A stretch of DNA of 64,000 nucleotides, from assembly GCA_964016885.1 (NCBI GenBank), contig OZ024742.1, positions 290,222,001-290,286,000 of the forward strand, in the 5' to 3' direction. The position numbers were made by a program, and so were the translations under genes. Of this stretch, positions 1 through 11,157 are shown piece by piece; position 1 is the first letter of the stretch; each line of letters starts with the position of its first letter. This DNA comes from Eledone cirrhosa. Taxonomy: Eukaryota. The notes under the pieces are model-generated. The model worked only from the letters and a program-made list of their open reading frames with translations, was not told where the DNA came from and searched no databases.

Positions 1-533
1 TGTGGGTGGTCCTCTTGTCTCGATGTGATGTGTGACACTATGCTTAATAGGTCCATCCTTAAATACCGGGTGAGTGATGTCTGGGTATTTCTGGAGAATG
101 GTGTTGTAACGCGAAGGCTCCGACTGGCAAATGACAGGGCTCACTGTGGATTGCGTGGTAAATATACCTCTCACAGTGAGGTTTGTGGTGGTGTCAATAA
201 GCCTCCGGTTCTTCATGTCCACCAGAAGATTGAAGTGGTGGAGAAAATCGGCTCCTAAGATAGGGGTCGGCAGGTCTGCCACGACGAACACCCATTGAAA
301 ACGACGCCTCAGGCCTAAATTGTGGGTCAGTGATTTCTCCCTGAAAGTTGGAATTGACGATCGGTTCACTGCCTGCAGAAAGGACAGTGTTGGATGTCTT
401 TTGCACAAGACTAGTGAAACAGGAATAACACTAACCTGGGCTCCTGTATCCACGAGGTAACGGATGCCTGTTGCTTGGTCGTTGATAAAAAATAGACGAC
501 TTTTCTTCTCAGTACCTGGGGTGAACGTCGTCG

Positions 534-1403
534 CTAGGCCCTGGTCTGCCCGTTTCCCTGGGTGGTATTCTGGAAAGAGCACGGGGCCCTACACTTAGAT
601 GCCTGTGCGCAGAAATTTGCGTGATACCAGCAGAGGTTGCCAGACACACGATTCTGACTGGGACTTCTGGATCTTCGACTGTGAAAAGGCCTGGACCGAC
701 TGTTGCTACGTCGCCGGTGTGTTTGAAAGGTCAGGTTCTCTAATTGGTTTGAGAGGGCTTTAATTTGACCAGCCTGCTTTCTGATCATAGCCCGCAGCTC
801 TGAAATCTCGGAGGTGGAGTCTGAGGACGCTACGTAAGGGTTCGTCCGATGATCTGCCTGTGCCACTGAGGCAAAAGGGTTTGACACCTCAGCGATCTTA
901 TCTGCGACACTCGCCAGTTCTTCCGGGGTTGCTGACTCGTTGGTCGACGCCAGAATGCCCTGCATCGATAAGGGCAAGCGCTGTATAAACAGCCGTTTCA
1001 GCAGATCTGAAAGCGGCTGGTCTTCCATCAGCTGTCTCATCTTTCGCAATAGTTGGGACAGTTTTCTGTCCCCCAATTCTTCCGCAGACACGAGTTGGTT
1101 GAGTCGTCTCTGCTGTGATGCGGTCGTTCACTTAAGCAATTCCTTGCGGATTGATTCATATGACACCACGCCCCGCGGTGCCATGACGAGGTCCCTCACC
1201 TCAGCCAAGACTTCTGGCGGGACAGACCCAATGATGTAGGTGAGCTTTGCAGAATCGCTCTCAATTCTGTTAGCAGCGAATTGTGCTTCTATGTGAGCGA
1301 ACCACAGAGTCGGGTCGTTGGACCAAAAAACAGAGACTTTCAATGTTAACGCCGTTTGTGTGGTTGGTATCTCGGCCTCTGTCATTGGTTGTGACATGTC
1401 CAT
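534..1403 (-). pseudogene. gag: Gypsy A gag, interrupted by one in-frame TGA at 1128-1130
   Basis: ORFs 1128..1403 and 534..1091 are in the same frame. Reading through the stop gives ELLK*TTASQQRRLNQLVSAEELGDRK, matching the gag layout of element B. Confidence 0.85.
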
Positions 1404-1430
1404 GTTGGTATCTTGTTAGGCTGCTGTCTA

Positions 1431-1461
1431 GTTGCATGTTCGAATCATGTCGGGGTCACCA
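1431..1461 (-). promoter_or_regulatory. Primer-binding site complementary to the tRNA-Trp 3' end
   Basis: + strand GTTGCATGTTCGAATCATGTCGGGGTCACCA resembles the T-arm, acceptor strand and CCA of metazoan tRNA-Trp. It lies 2 nt from the LTR. Confidence 0.85.
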
Positions 1462-1463
1462 AT

Positions 1464-1944
1464 TGTAGCGACGTGGTGAGTCAAGCTGGTCACTACTTCT
1501 GATCGGATCTGAGAATAGCCCTAAAAGGACTATTATCGCATACGGTTGGATCGTATCTGAAGATAGCCCTCAAAAGGACTGTTGTCACATACGGTAAGGA
1601 TGAACAGACGAAAGCACAAGTTGAAAGGACGAGCAAGGCGAGAGATGTAGTTTCGATCAGCTATTTATTTTCACATGAAGCGACAATACAGAGATACAAG
1701 GCGTGTGTGAGTGACAAGTGTGGCAGAGGAGAGGAACAACGATACGCTAGCTGAATCTGCCAAAGGTCGACTGGCGAAAGTGTTTGGAATCACTCTATTT
1801 ATACAGAAATAATCATTTGATGTTTAGCCGCTGCGTAGGCGTTTTATTTTGGTGGCTTTAAGGGTTGTTTGTTTCACGGTGAGGTAGCTAGCTAACAGAT
1901 AGATGGAGCGCTATATTTCACATGTTATTTCCGGTGGCTGTACA
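1464..1944 (-). repeat. 5' LTR of Gypsy A
   Basis: Minus strand starts TGTACA and ends CTACA next to the PBS. TATAAATAG near 1800 and AATAAA near 1665 on the minus strand. The partner LTR is outside the window. Confidence 0.75.
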
Positions 1945-1989
1945 AACCTTATACCTGGTCCCGACTTCCTTATCCACCAATGCTTCCCA

Positions 1990-2545
1990 CTCTATACTGG
2001 AAGGCAGGAGGCTGACTTCAGTGCAACAATTGCAGGAGCTGGTGCAGTAATGCGCCAGCTTGAGCATTCGGTAATCAGAAGAAAGGAGGTATGTGTAAAA
2101 CCAAACATGCTATCTTCAATTTGGTATTTGTGCCAAACTCTTACCTATGGTCAGGAATCTTGGGTAATGACCAAAAGAATACGATCGCGAATACAAGAAA
2201 CCAAAATGGGATTCCAACGTAGGGTCTTTGGAGTAATTACTTGATAAAGTCTGTAACTTGGAGATCAGAGAGTCCCTCCAGGTAGAACCGCTACTTCTCC
2301 GAATTGAGAGATCACAGCTTCGATACTATGGGCAGAAACCAACTTGCAGGAGACCCACAGGTAGACTCCAAGCAAGATGGTTGGATAACATCCATGAGCT
2401 CAGCTAGGATCCAGCCGGATCAAATTTGAGACAGTTACTTCTGACAGGACCGCTGGAAGGAGAGCTTGAGGATTCTGCCTTCACGACCCTCATAAGAATA
2501 GGTGGACAAAGAAGAAGGAGAAGGAGGAAGAGAAGAAGAAGAATA
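1990..2545 (+). mobile_element. Degraded RTE-clade LINE 3' fragment with (GAA)-rich tail
   Basis: Translation LTYGQESWVMTKRIRSRIQETKMGFQRRV is typical of the RTE post-RT region. Confidence 0.7.
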
Positions 2546-2623
2546 TATGTTTAGTTAAAATAATCGAAATGTTTGCAAAGATGTTTATTATGAATACTAT
2601 TTTAACAGAATACTGGGTTGATG

Positions 2624-4332
2624 TCATCATCATCATCATCATCATCTTCGTTTAACATCCATTTTCCACGCTAGCATGGGTTAGACGGGAGTTGTCCCAC
2701 TTGAGGCAAGGCTGGTCGGGTGACCGTGTCTCACTCATATAGGACTATCTGGCAGGTTTTCTACGGCTGGATGCCCTTCCTAACACCAACCACATTTACA
2801 ATGTGGAACTGGGAACTTTTTTGTTACCTACACGGCCACATTACAGCGTGGACTGTGTGTGTTTTTTGTCGTGACACCTACACGATCTCGATCTCATTTT
2901 CTCGTGCTGTTGGTGGGAGTGGGAGGATAGGGTAGGGGTAGTGGATTGGGGTGTATATTTGGTTAAGAAGTGCCTACTGACTGTAGGTTTCGCTTTGTAC
3001 ATAGGCAAGGCGGGTCTTCTGTATTACTGCGTAGCGCCAAAGATCTCGATCCAGAGACATTGTCTGAGAGAGATGTGTGTGAGGTCGGAATTTATCAGAT
3101 CATCCCAGGTTTTTCTGGGTCTACCTACTTCGTAACTACCATCAATTTTGATCGCCCTGCACTTTTTTATGCAGCTGTCATCTTTCATGCGCATCATGTG
3201 ACCATACCAACGTAGTCTTCTCTCAAGTAAACAGCATCTGATCCCTCTTATTCCTAATTTCTCACTTAGTTCATTTATGCTTTGCCGTTCACGTATATTA
3301 CTATTATACATCCAATGGAGCATGCATGCTTCATTCCTTTCCAGTCTACGCAGGTCCTCTGCACGGAATGCCCATATCTCACTGCCATGTACCATTGCTG
3401 TTCGTATACAGGCATCATACAATCTGCCTTTCATTTTTAGAGAGAAACCTTTTGTGGCCAACAGCGGTATAAGCTCTCTGAACTTTTTCCATCCCGTTCT
3501 GACTCTGGCTACTGTACTTTCAGAACACCCTCCACCACTGCTGATTATGTCACCCAAGTAACGGAAAGTTTCTACTATTTCTATAGAACCATCTGGGCAA
3601 TAGAAGGAGCTAGTATCCTTTGGACACTTGCTACTTATTGCACCTGAGCATTGGCCACATATAAAGTCTACGTTCTTAGATAGCTTACCTGTGATCCCAC
3701 TACATCTTTTATGTACCCATACTTTGCATTTGGGACATAAAATGGAATTTCTGCCTACTCCTTTCCTACACACTGAGCATGGCCATTTCCCTGAGGGCAC
3801 CTGTGCCCTATTTTCCTTTCTACAAACTAGAACTTTAGTCTTAGACAAGTTAACTTTAAGGCCTTTTGATTCTAGGCCATGCTTCCATGTTTGGAATTTC
3901 TTCTCTAGTTCAGCCATTGATTCAGCTATGAGTGTTAGATCATCTGCGTATATGAGTTCCCATGGGCAGCCGGTCTTGAACTCCTCTGTTATAGCCTGAA
4001 GGGCAATAATAAATAGGAGGGGGCTAAGGACGGAGCCCTGATGAACACAAACTTTTACTCTAAATTCTTAACAATATTCATTGTTAATTCTAACCTTACT
4101 GACTGTTTCATTATACATAGCTTGTATAGCTCTCACAAGCCATTCATCTACACCTAGTTTTCTAAGACCCCACCAGATAATGGAGTGGGGGACTCTGTCA
4201 AAAGCTTTCTCCAGTCTACAAAAGCTAAGTAGAGGGGTTTACTTTTAGCTAGGTACTTCTCTTGTACTTGTTGTACAAGGAAAAGAGCGTCTGTCGTCCT
4301 TTTACCTGACACAAACCCAAACTGCATTTCAT
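2624..4332 (-). mobile_element. 5'-truncated RTE LINE (subfamily A) with PHD insert and (GAT)n tail
   Basis: ORF 3024..3917 plus upstream EMQFGFV...LYADD region. (CAT)n on the + strand at 2624-2646. Homologous to ORF 37520..40624. Confidence 0.92.
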
Positions 4333-5604
4333 ATTGTAAAGGAGCATTTCATGCCTAAATACCCCTGCATCGAAAGTCACCAGTTTTAACAGGATGGTTT
4401 TAAGAGTAGATATATCACTACAGAGTTTCAGATTCTATTGCTGCTGTGATAATACCTCTGGAAGGAATCCTTCCATATCACATTTAAAAGCATTGCTGAG
4501 GTAACAGCATACAAGACTCTACGATATGTTAGTCATATCGACAGCGAGTAACATGATAATAATGTCAACAAGAAGAATGTTTGTGAGATGAAATGTATGT
4601 TTATTTGTTGTAGTGAGAACGAGACAAAGTTAATCACTAAGTAAATGCTTGTTGAATTGGATAGTTAAGGTTAACAATCTAAAGGTTATAAAAGGAATGT
4701 GGTATTGTACCAGACCCAAGGAAAGGCGGCAGAGCAAAGTGCAAATCTCACCATTACATATTATTCGTGTTGGTCCTTCGGCGTTCAAGCAGCAAGAGAC
4801 CAAGTGGTCTTTACATTAGCATCTTCAGGATGCAAGAGAAAAATTTCTCAAATCAACGCGGGAATTTTTCCCTCAGGGCGCGTAGGGATACATTCTCTTC
4901 TACTGGCGCTGATTAGCTTAGCTGAGCCAAATCACGCACAGAGAATGTATGTGAGCCCGCGGAATATAGGTCACTACACTATCAATGTATAAATACTGTA
5001 ATATTCTTTACTAAAAACAGACATACATACTATATACCATTAGATATACAAAATACACATACTTATATGTATACAGCTATGCTGGAGCGAACACTTTAAT
5101 TCTATTTTCGGGCCAAGACAGCCGACAGCTCCATATGCAAATGAGGCTAATTAACCCACGTACATAGGCATCAAAACTATATGTTTTCGCCTATATTGAA
5201 TTCCAGCAGAGAGCAGGGTAATGGAAGCACTGTCTTAATAACGACCATAGTTAGAAATGATCGTTGGCAGTTACCCTCCCTTGCTTCTGCTGGAATTCGC
5301 TAGATGGCACTATGTCATCAGCTTCCAAAATTCAAAGGTAAAGCCTTTCAAATGTTTATGTGTAGACATAACTACAGTTTAGTGTTCCTCAACCTCACAA
5401 TTACTTGAAGGAATGGAATGGACCTCTTTTGGTTTCAACAATGATTGTTCCAGTTTTTAATCAATTAATAGTTTGCATAAGAGAAACCCTATAGTTTATG
5501 CAGATAAAATAATTTATTTCTAAGATATATGTACATATGACATATACAATTAAGTGTATGAGTAACTTTGGAGAAATAACAATTGACAAGAACAAAGACT
5601 ACAG

Positions 5605-5925
5605 TCTAGGCTTTGCTGCCCACCAAGACGAAGAGGGCAAACTGTCCAAGTATAGTCCACTCTCGGATAGGTTTGTGGTAAAGTCTATAGCAGTAGAGAC
5701 TTCCGGCATATTGGCTCCCAGACCACATCCCTACGCATGTGATAGGTTTGTGGTAGAGCCTGTAGCAGTGGAGACTTCCAGCGTTCTTGGCCCCTGGACA
5801 ACATCCTTACTCATTGCTATCGGGGCGGAGTTGGCTGCCTGCAGGTGTGAGCTAGAGTAGCTGTTTCAGCGTGTCTCCCTTGCCATCCTCTGGCATAATG
5901 CATTCTCCATCCTGTCGGCCGGGAC
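5605..5925 (+). mobile_element. 3' fragment of a CRE-like restriction-like-endonuclease LINE
   Basis: KLSKYSPLSDRFVV..AVETSG...TSLLIAIGAELA aligns with 21085-21300, and so does the DNA. The AVETS segment is internally duplicated. Confidence 0.8.
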
Positions 5926-6358
5926 CCAGTGGCAGAGAGTAAGTTAGTTGGTGGTGGACGTCACTTTAACAACTAAAGTATATTTACATATAATGTATTA
6001 CATTTAATTATATACATATTTTGGCAATATATCTCAACTGCACCTCATAAACATATGTAGGGTTAGAAACCAGGACCTAGTGATTAGGAGGCAAACTTTT
6101 TATTGTAGCAACATCACTAGGATAGGAAATGTATTGTATGTATGTGTCTGTAAATTAAAAAAAAGTTACAGACATATATATAAATATATATATACAAACA
6201 CATGGTGAGGAAAATAATTTTTCATTAACAGCTTCGAAAATGTTTCTATAAAATGTCAATGAAACGACCTTTACCTGGTCAATCAACTTGCTAGAAACAG
6301 CAGTCAAATGCCTTTCGTGACCACACTCTATCGTTTTAAAAAATGTAGGACACATTGA

Positions 6359-6545
6359 ATAATTGTTTCTACTTTTGGCACAAGGCCAGCAATTACTCAG
6401 TGCATTACTGGTACTTTATTTTATCGACCCCATAAGGATGAAAGGCAAAGTTAACCTCGGCGGGATTTGAACTCAGAATGGAAAGGGCCGTAACTCTATG
6501 CATCAAAGCATGGTGTCCGACCCTCTACCGATAATGCCAATCCAA
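6359..6545 (-). mobile_element. tRNA-derived SINE, family 1
   Basis: Minus-strand A box (TGGCATTATCGG) and B box (GAGTTCAAATCC). Homologous copies at 47818-48000 and 63079-63292. Confidence 0.85.
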
Positions 6546-7712
6546 CGGATGGGCTGATTTTGGTTTTACTGACAGTAAAATAGTTTACTTTGTAATGTAG
6601 GTCAAAGTGTTTTTCTTTGTAATAAAATAATAAAAATGCATTATTTCTTAGAACATGTAAAAAAAAAAAAAAAGGAAACATGGATCACATGACACTCATT
6701 ATAGTTTGTGGATACAGTTGCACATCAAACTGAGAAACTGACAAAAACTACATTGGACAAAATCACCACCAGACAATTACTTCACCACACAAAAACCCCA
6801 CAGTTTAAAATCCCCTCTTAAGACAAAACTCTCATAGGAAAAAAATCTCTCAGAACAAAACCTCACCAAACAAAATCTCTACTCCTACCAATAAAAAAAA
6901 CCCATATAGTAAAACTAAAATAGAAAAAGATAAAATATAATCTATAGTTTTGACTAGCTGACATTATGAAATGTAATTTAACTGATAAGCAATAAACTAA
7001 AATTATGTATTCATATTCCGGATTATTTTTTACTGTGTGGAGTTTTTGTCTGGTGGCCATTTTGTCAAGGATTGCATTTAATTTTAGAGACTTTATTTCA
7101 CATTGCTCCAGACCAGGTAGCAGGCAAAAATAAATTGTACTTGTGATTGAAAGGTTCAGCTTTGTTACACACTATGTCACTTTGAATCTCTGTGAGAACT
7201 ATGTTAAGAATACATGTCTGTGGAATATTCAGCCACTTACCCTATAATACAAGATGGACTGTACCTGTAATTCAAAAGGCCAGCCATGTCACTCACTGTG
7301 TCATGTTGAATCTCCCTGAGGACTACATTTAGGATGCACATGTATGTCGCATGCTCGGCCACTTACATTATAATCATTTCTAATTTAGGCACAAAGCCAG
7401 CAATTTATATGGAGAAGACAGTGGATTAAATCAACCACAATATAGTCTATAGTTTTTATTAGTTAACATCATGAAATGTTTGAGTAACAAATATGCAAGC
7501 TGGCAACAAGCTGGGAGTATCGGCGGGAAAGCGTCACTTGTTTTGTAGTTAGTTACTATGGTGATATCTATCTATCTTTCACATGCAGTCTCTCTCTCTC
7601 TCGCTGTATTTCTCTCAACGTTTTGTATAGGAAAAATAGATTAGGTTTACAAACATTTCAGGTGACTAATGGTGTTCAAGAATGAATTAAGTTCATGAAC
7701 CCCGGTTCCACA

Positions 7713-7749
<37 letters not shown>

Positions 7750-7751
<2 letters not shown>

Positions 7752-8600
7752 TGCTCTACAGACTATAACAGAAGAGCTTAAGATTGTCTTCCTTTGGGAA
7801 CTTCTGTATGCAGATGATTTAACTTTCATAGCTGGATCTATGACAGAATTATAGAAGAAATTCCAAACCTGGAAGCATGGCCTAGAATAAAAAGGACAAG
7901 TTAACTTGTCAAAGACAAATGTCTTAGTATGTAGAAAGGAAAGTAAAGCTCAGATTCCCTCTGGGAAATGACCTTGCTCAGTATATGAGAGAGAGGAGCA
8001 GGTAGAAATTCCGTTCTGTGTCCCAAATGCAAGCTATGGGTACATAAAGAATATAGTTGGATCTGCACAGGTGCAGTAAGCAGCAAGTGCCCACAGGATA
8101 CTAACTCCTTCAAATGCCTAGATGGTTCTATAGAAATAGTCGACAGTTTCTGTTACCTGGGTGACAGAATCAGCAGTGGAAGAGGGTGTTCTGAAAATAC
8201 AGTAGCCAGAGTAAGAATAGGATGGAGAAAGTTCAGCTACTACTGCTGTTAGCTACAAAAGGTTTTTTTCTTTAAAATGAAGGGCAGATTGTTCGGTGCG
8301 TGTATAATGAACAGAAATGTTACATGGTAGTGAGACCTGGGCACTGTGTGCAGAGGGGCTGCAAAGATTGGAAAGTAATGAAGCATGCATGCTCCAATTG
8401 ATGTGTAATAGTAATATACACAAACTGCAAAGTGTAAATGAACTGGGAGAGAAATTAGGCATAAGATTGATCAGATGCAGTATGGTAGAGAGGTGTTGGA
8501 GTTAGTATGGTCATGTGATGCATAGGAAGGATGACAGTTGTATAAAAAGGTGAAGGGCAATCAGAGTTGGAAGACCTGGGATGAGGTGATAAAAGCTGAC
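7750..8600 (+). mobile_element. Degraded RTE LINE fragment
   Basis: WELLYADD, PHD remnant and MLHGSETWALC motifs with many stops and frameshifts. Confidence 0.85.
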
Positions 8601-8652
8601 GGGCAGACAGACACCTTATGCAGCTCACTGAACTTCATAAAAGAGATGACCC

Positions 8653-9640
8653 AGTGTGAACATATATTAATATACAGCTATTGTGAACATGTATTAATAT
8701 ACAGCCAGTGTGAATATATATTAATATACAGCTATTGTGAACATATATTGATATACAGCTATTGTGAACACATATTCATATACATCTATTGTGAATATAT
8801 ATTAATATACAGCTATTGTGAACATATATTGATATACAGCTATTGTGAATATATATTGATATACAGCTATTGTGAACATATATTGATATACAGCTATTGT
8901 GAATATATATTGATATACAGCTATTGTGAATATATATTGATGTACAGCTATTGTGAACATATATTGATATACAGCTATTGTGAACATATATTAATATACA
9001 GCTATTGTGAACATATATTGATATACAGCTATTGTGAACATATATTGATATACAGCTATTGTGAATATATATTGATATACAGCTATTGTGAACATATATT
9101 AATATACAGCTATTGTGAACATATATTAATATACAGCTATTGTGAACATATATTGATATACAGCTATTGTGAATATATATTGATATACAGCTATTGTGAA
9201 TATATATTGATATACAGCTATTGTGAATATATATTAATATACAGCTATTGTGAACATATATTAATATACAGCTATTGTGAACATGTATTAATATACATCT
9301 ATTGTGAATATATATTGATATACAGCTATTGTGAACATATTAATATACAGCTATTGTGAACATATATTGATATACAGCTATTGTGAACATATATTAATAT
9401 ACAGCTATTGTGAACATGTATTAATATACATCTATTGTGAATATATATTGATATACAGCTATTGTGAACATATTAATATACAGCTATTGTGAACATATAT
9501 TGATATACAGCTATTGTGAACATATAGTCCAAACCCATGCAAGCATGGAAGATGGACATTAAATGATGATGATGATGATGATGAACTATTGTGAACATAT
9601 ATTAATATACAGCCAGTGTGAACATATATTAATATGCATC
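8653..9640. repeat. 27-bp minisatellite (consensus about TATTGTGAACATATATTRATATACAGC), left part
   Basis: Direct tandem units; translation gives the 9-aa period YCEHILIYS. Confidence 0.95.
9526..9585 (+). mobile_element. Ultra-short RTE 3'-end insertion with (GAT)n tail and apparent 15-bp TSD
   Basis: Matches the reverse complement of 53314-53378. Flanked by CTATTGTGAACATAT at 9511-9525 and 9586-9600. Confidence 0.8.
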
Positions 9641-10087
9641 TGTAGCGCTCTCTAGACAGGGAAGTAGCTAGAGTTACTTCCCGTCGAAAGTCTAGAACCC
9701 TCTTTGTAACTTCCGGAAAGAGGATATAAATAGCGGCAACGCAGTCAAGCTCTCTTTTGGCGCCTTCCTTCGAACTGACAACACTGAAGACAAGCATGTT
9801 AACTTTTCTCTAACCACCTATCATGGATCTGGACTATACCTAATTATGTACGAGAATATTTGTTTACAACAATTATAACATGAAGCTACAATAAAAATGA
9901 AGACTTATATTCGATACCCGTTCCGAGAAACTGCTTACGTTTTATCATTACCTTTGTAATGGGAATTAACTCTCATTCGACATGGTGTTATGTAAAAATA
10001 TCTTATCCTTTTCTTTATAAAATTTAGTAGTTAGATTCCGGTGACATTTACTCGAGTAAATAACCCTGGGTCTGGCAGAACACTAAA
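9641..10087 (+). repeat. Gypsy B 5' LTR
   Basis: Direct repeat of 14513-14959 with two substitutions seen by eye. Contains GATATAAATAG and AATAAA. Confidence 0.95.
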
Positions 10088-10391
10088 ATGGTGACCCGAC
10101 GTAAATAATAAAAAAAAAAATTGATAATTTCCGGATACGCATAAAGAGGAAAAAAAATTTTTTTGCACCTCGTGTCTTCGTTTTCAACAAAGCCTTCGTT
10201 TTGTATTCTCCATTTTGCTTCCTTCGTGTTACATCACTTCAACTATTCATGTTACCACCACGTGTGCATATATTTTTGAAATTACAACTAATTTTCTTTC
10301 AAATGTGTTGTCATTGGTTGATTCACGGAAGTTAAACCACATGTGCGGCAGTTGAAAAAGAAAACATTTCACCCAGCGGCTACTACATTCA

Positions 10392-11157
10392 TGATGAGCA
10401 ATTCTTCGCTACCGACGTATTCTGGTGATGCAGAGTTATGGTTTGCACCACTAGATTCGTATTTTGTTGCACATGGCGTCCAAGCGGCACAACAAAGGTT
10501 ACACGTGCTCATAAGCGGAATCCCTGCCTCACTCGCCGTGTTAGTAAAGGATATCATCACAGATCTCCCACAAGGCGTCACTTACGAGACCCTTAAGGCA
10601 GAAGTGCTCAGACGGAACAGCCGTTCGTCTGAGAGCAAATTTTGTTATTTGTTGGAGGAGGAAAACCTGGGAGATAGAACCCCGTCCCAGTTTTTACGGT
10701 GCATCCGGGAACTGAGCGACTCAACAGCAGAGGACAACTCTTTCGTAAAACAATTCTTCTTCTCCCGTTTGCCAACAAATGTGCAGACCATACTGGCAAA
10801 TATAGTCAACACCAGTTCTCTGGACCAAATTGCAGCCTCAGCAGACCGCATAATGGAATTTTCTTGAGTACCTACTTCGGCAGATCCACACATTGCTTCT
10901 TCTACTTTTAAAGCACAGCCTGTTCCACCTCGTGAGGACTCTATATTGAGAGCCATTGACGCGCTAACTCGTCAAGTGACTAAACTGTATCGGGAAAGAA
11001 CACATTCCAGATGGCGTCCATGAAGTCGTTCTCCCTCTTTTCATCGTCGCGCCAAAACCCTGCCAACAACTCGTCTTTATGTTGGTATCCCGTGCGTTTT
11101 CATGAAAAGGCGAATCATTGTATTCAACCCTGCTCTTTCGGGACTTCGGAAAACTAA
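10392..11157 (+). pseudogene. gag: Gypsy B gag (premature stops, frameshift)
   Basis: LPTYSGDAELWF...LGDRTPSQFLR...ADRIME. TGA at 10865 and further lesions; remnant of the CWY..F...C..PC knuckle near 11080-11140. Confidence 0.8.

Larger units (their letters stand above)
1..1944 (-). mobile_element. Ty3/Gypsy LTR retrotransposon A, 5' part (5' LTR, PBS, gag, protease/pol start; continues off the left edge)
   Basis: Minus-strand gag (FWSNDPTLWFAHIEAQF, LGDRKLSQLLR, CWYH...C..PC) and protease motif LVDTGAQVSVIP at about 421-456. GGGAAAC slippery heptamer at 552-558, tRNA-Trp PBS, TG...CA LTR. Confidence 0.9.

Noticed and set aside
1431-1461. tRNA-Trp gene
   Set aside because: Only the 3' part, with encoded CCA, adjacent to an LTR; it is a PBS.
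8538-9359. 273-aa ORF of YCEHILIYS repeats (looks like a Cys/His metal-binding repeat protein)
   Set aside because: By-product of a 27-bp minisatellite with one stop-free frame. It starts inside a decayed RTE and has no splice or domain support.
8653-9640. CRISPR-like array
   Set aside because: Units are contiguous with no unique spacers, the context is eukaryotic, and no cas genes are present.
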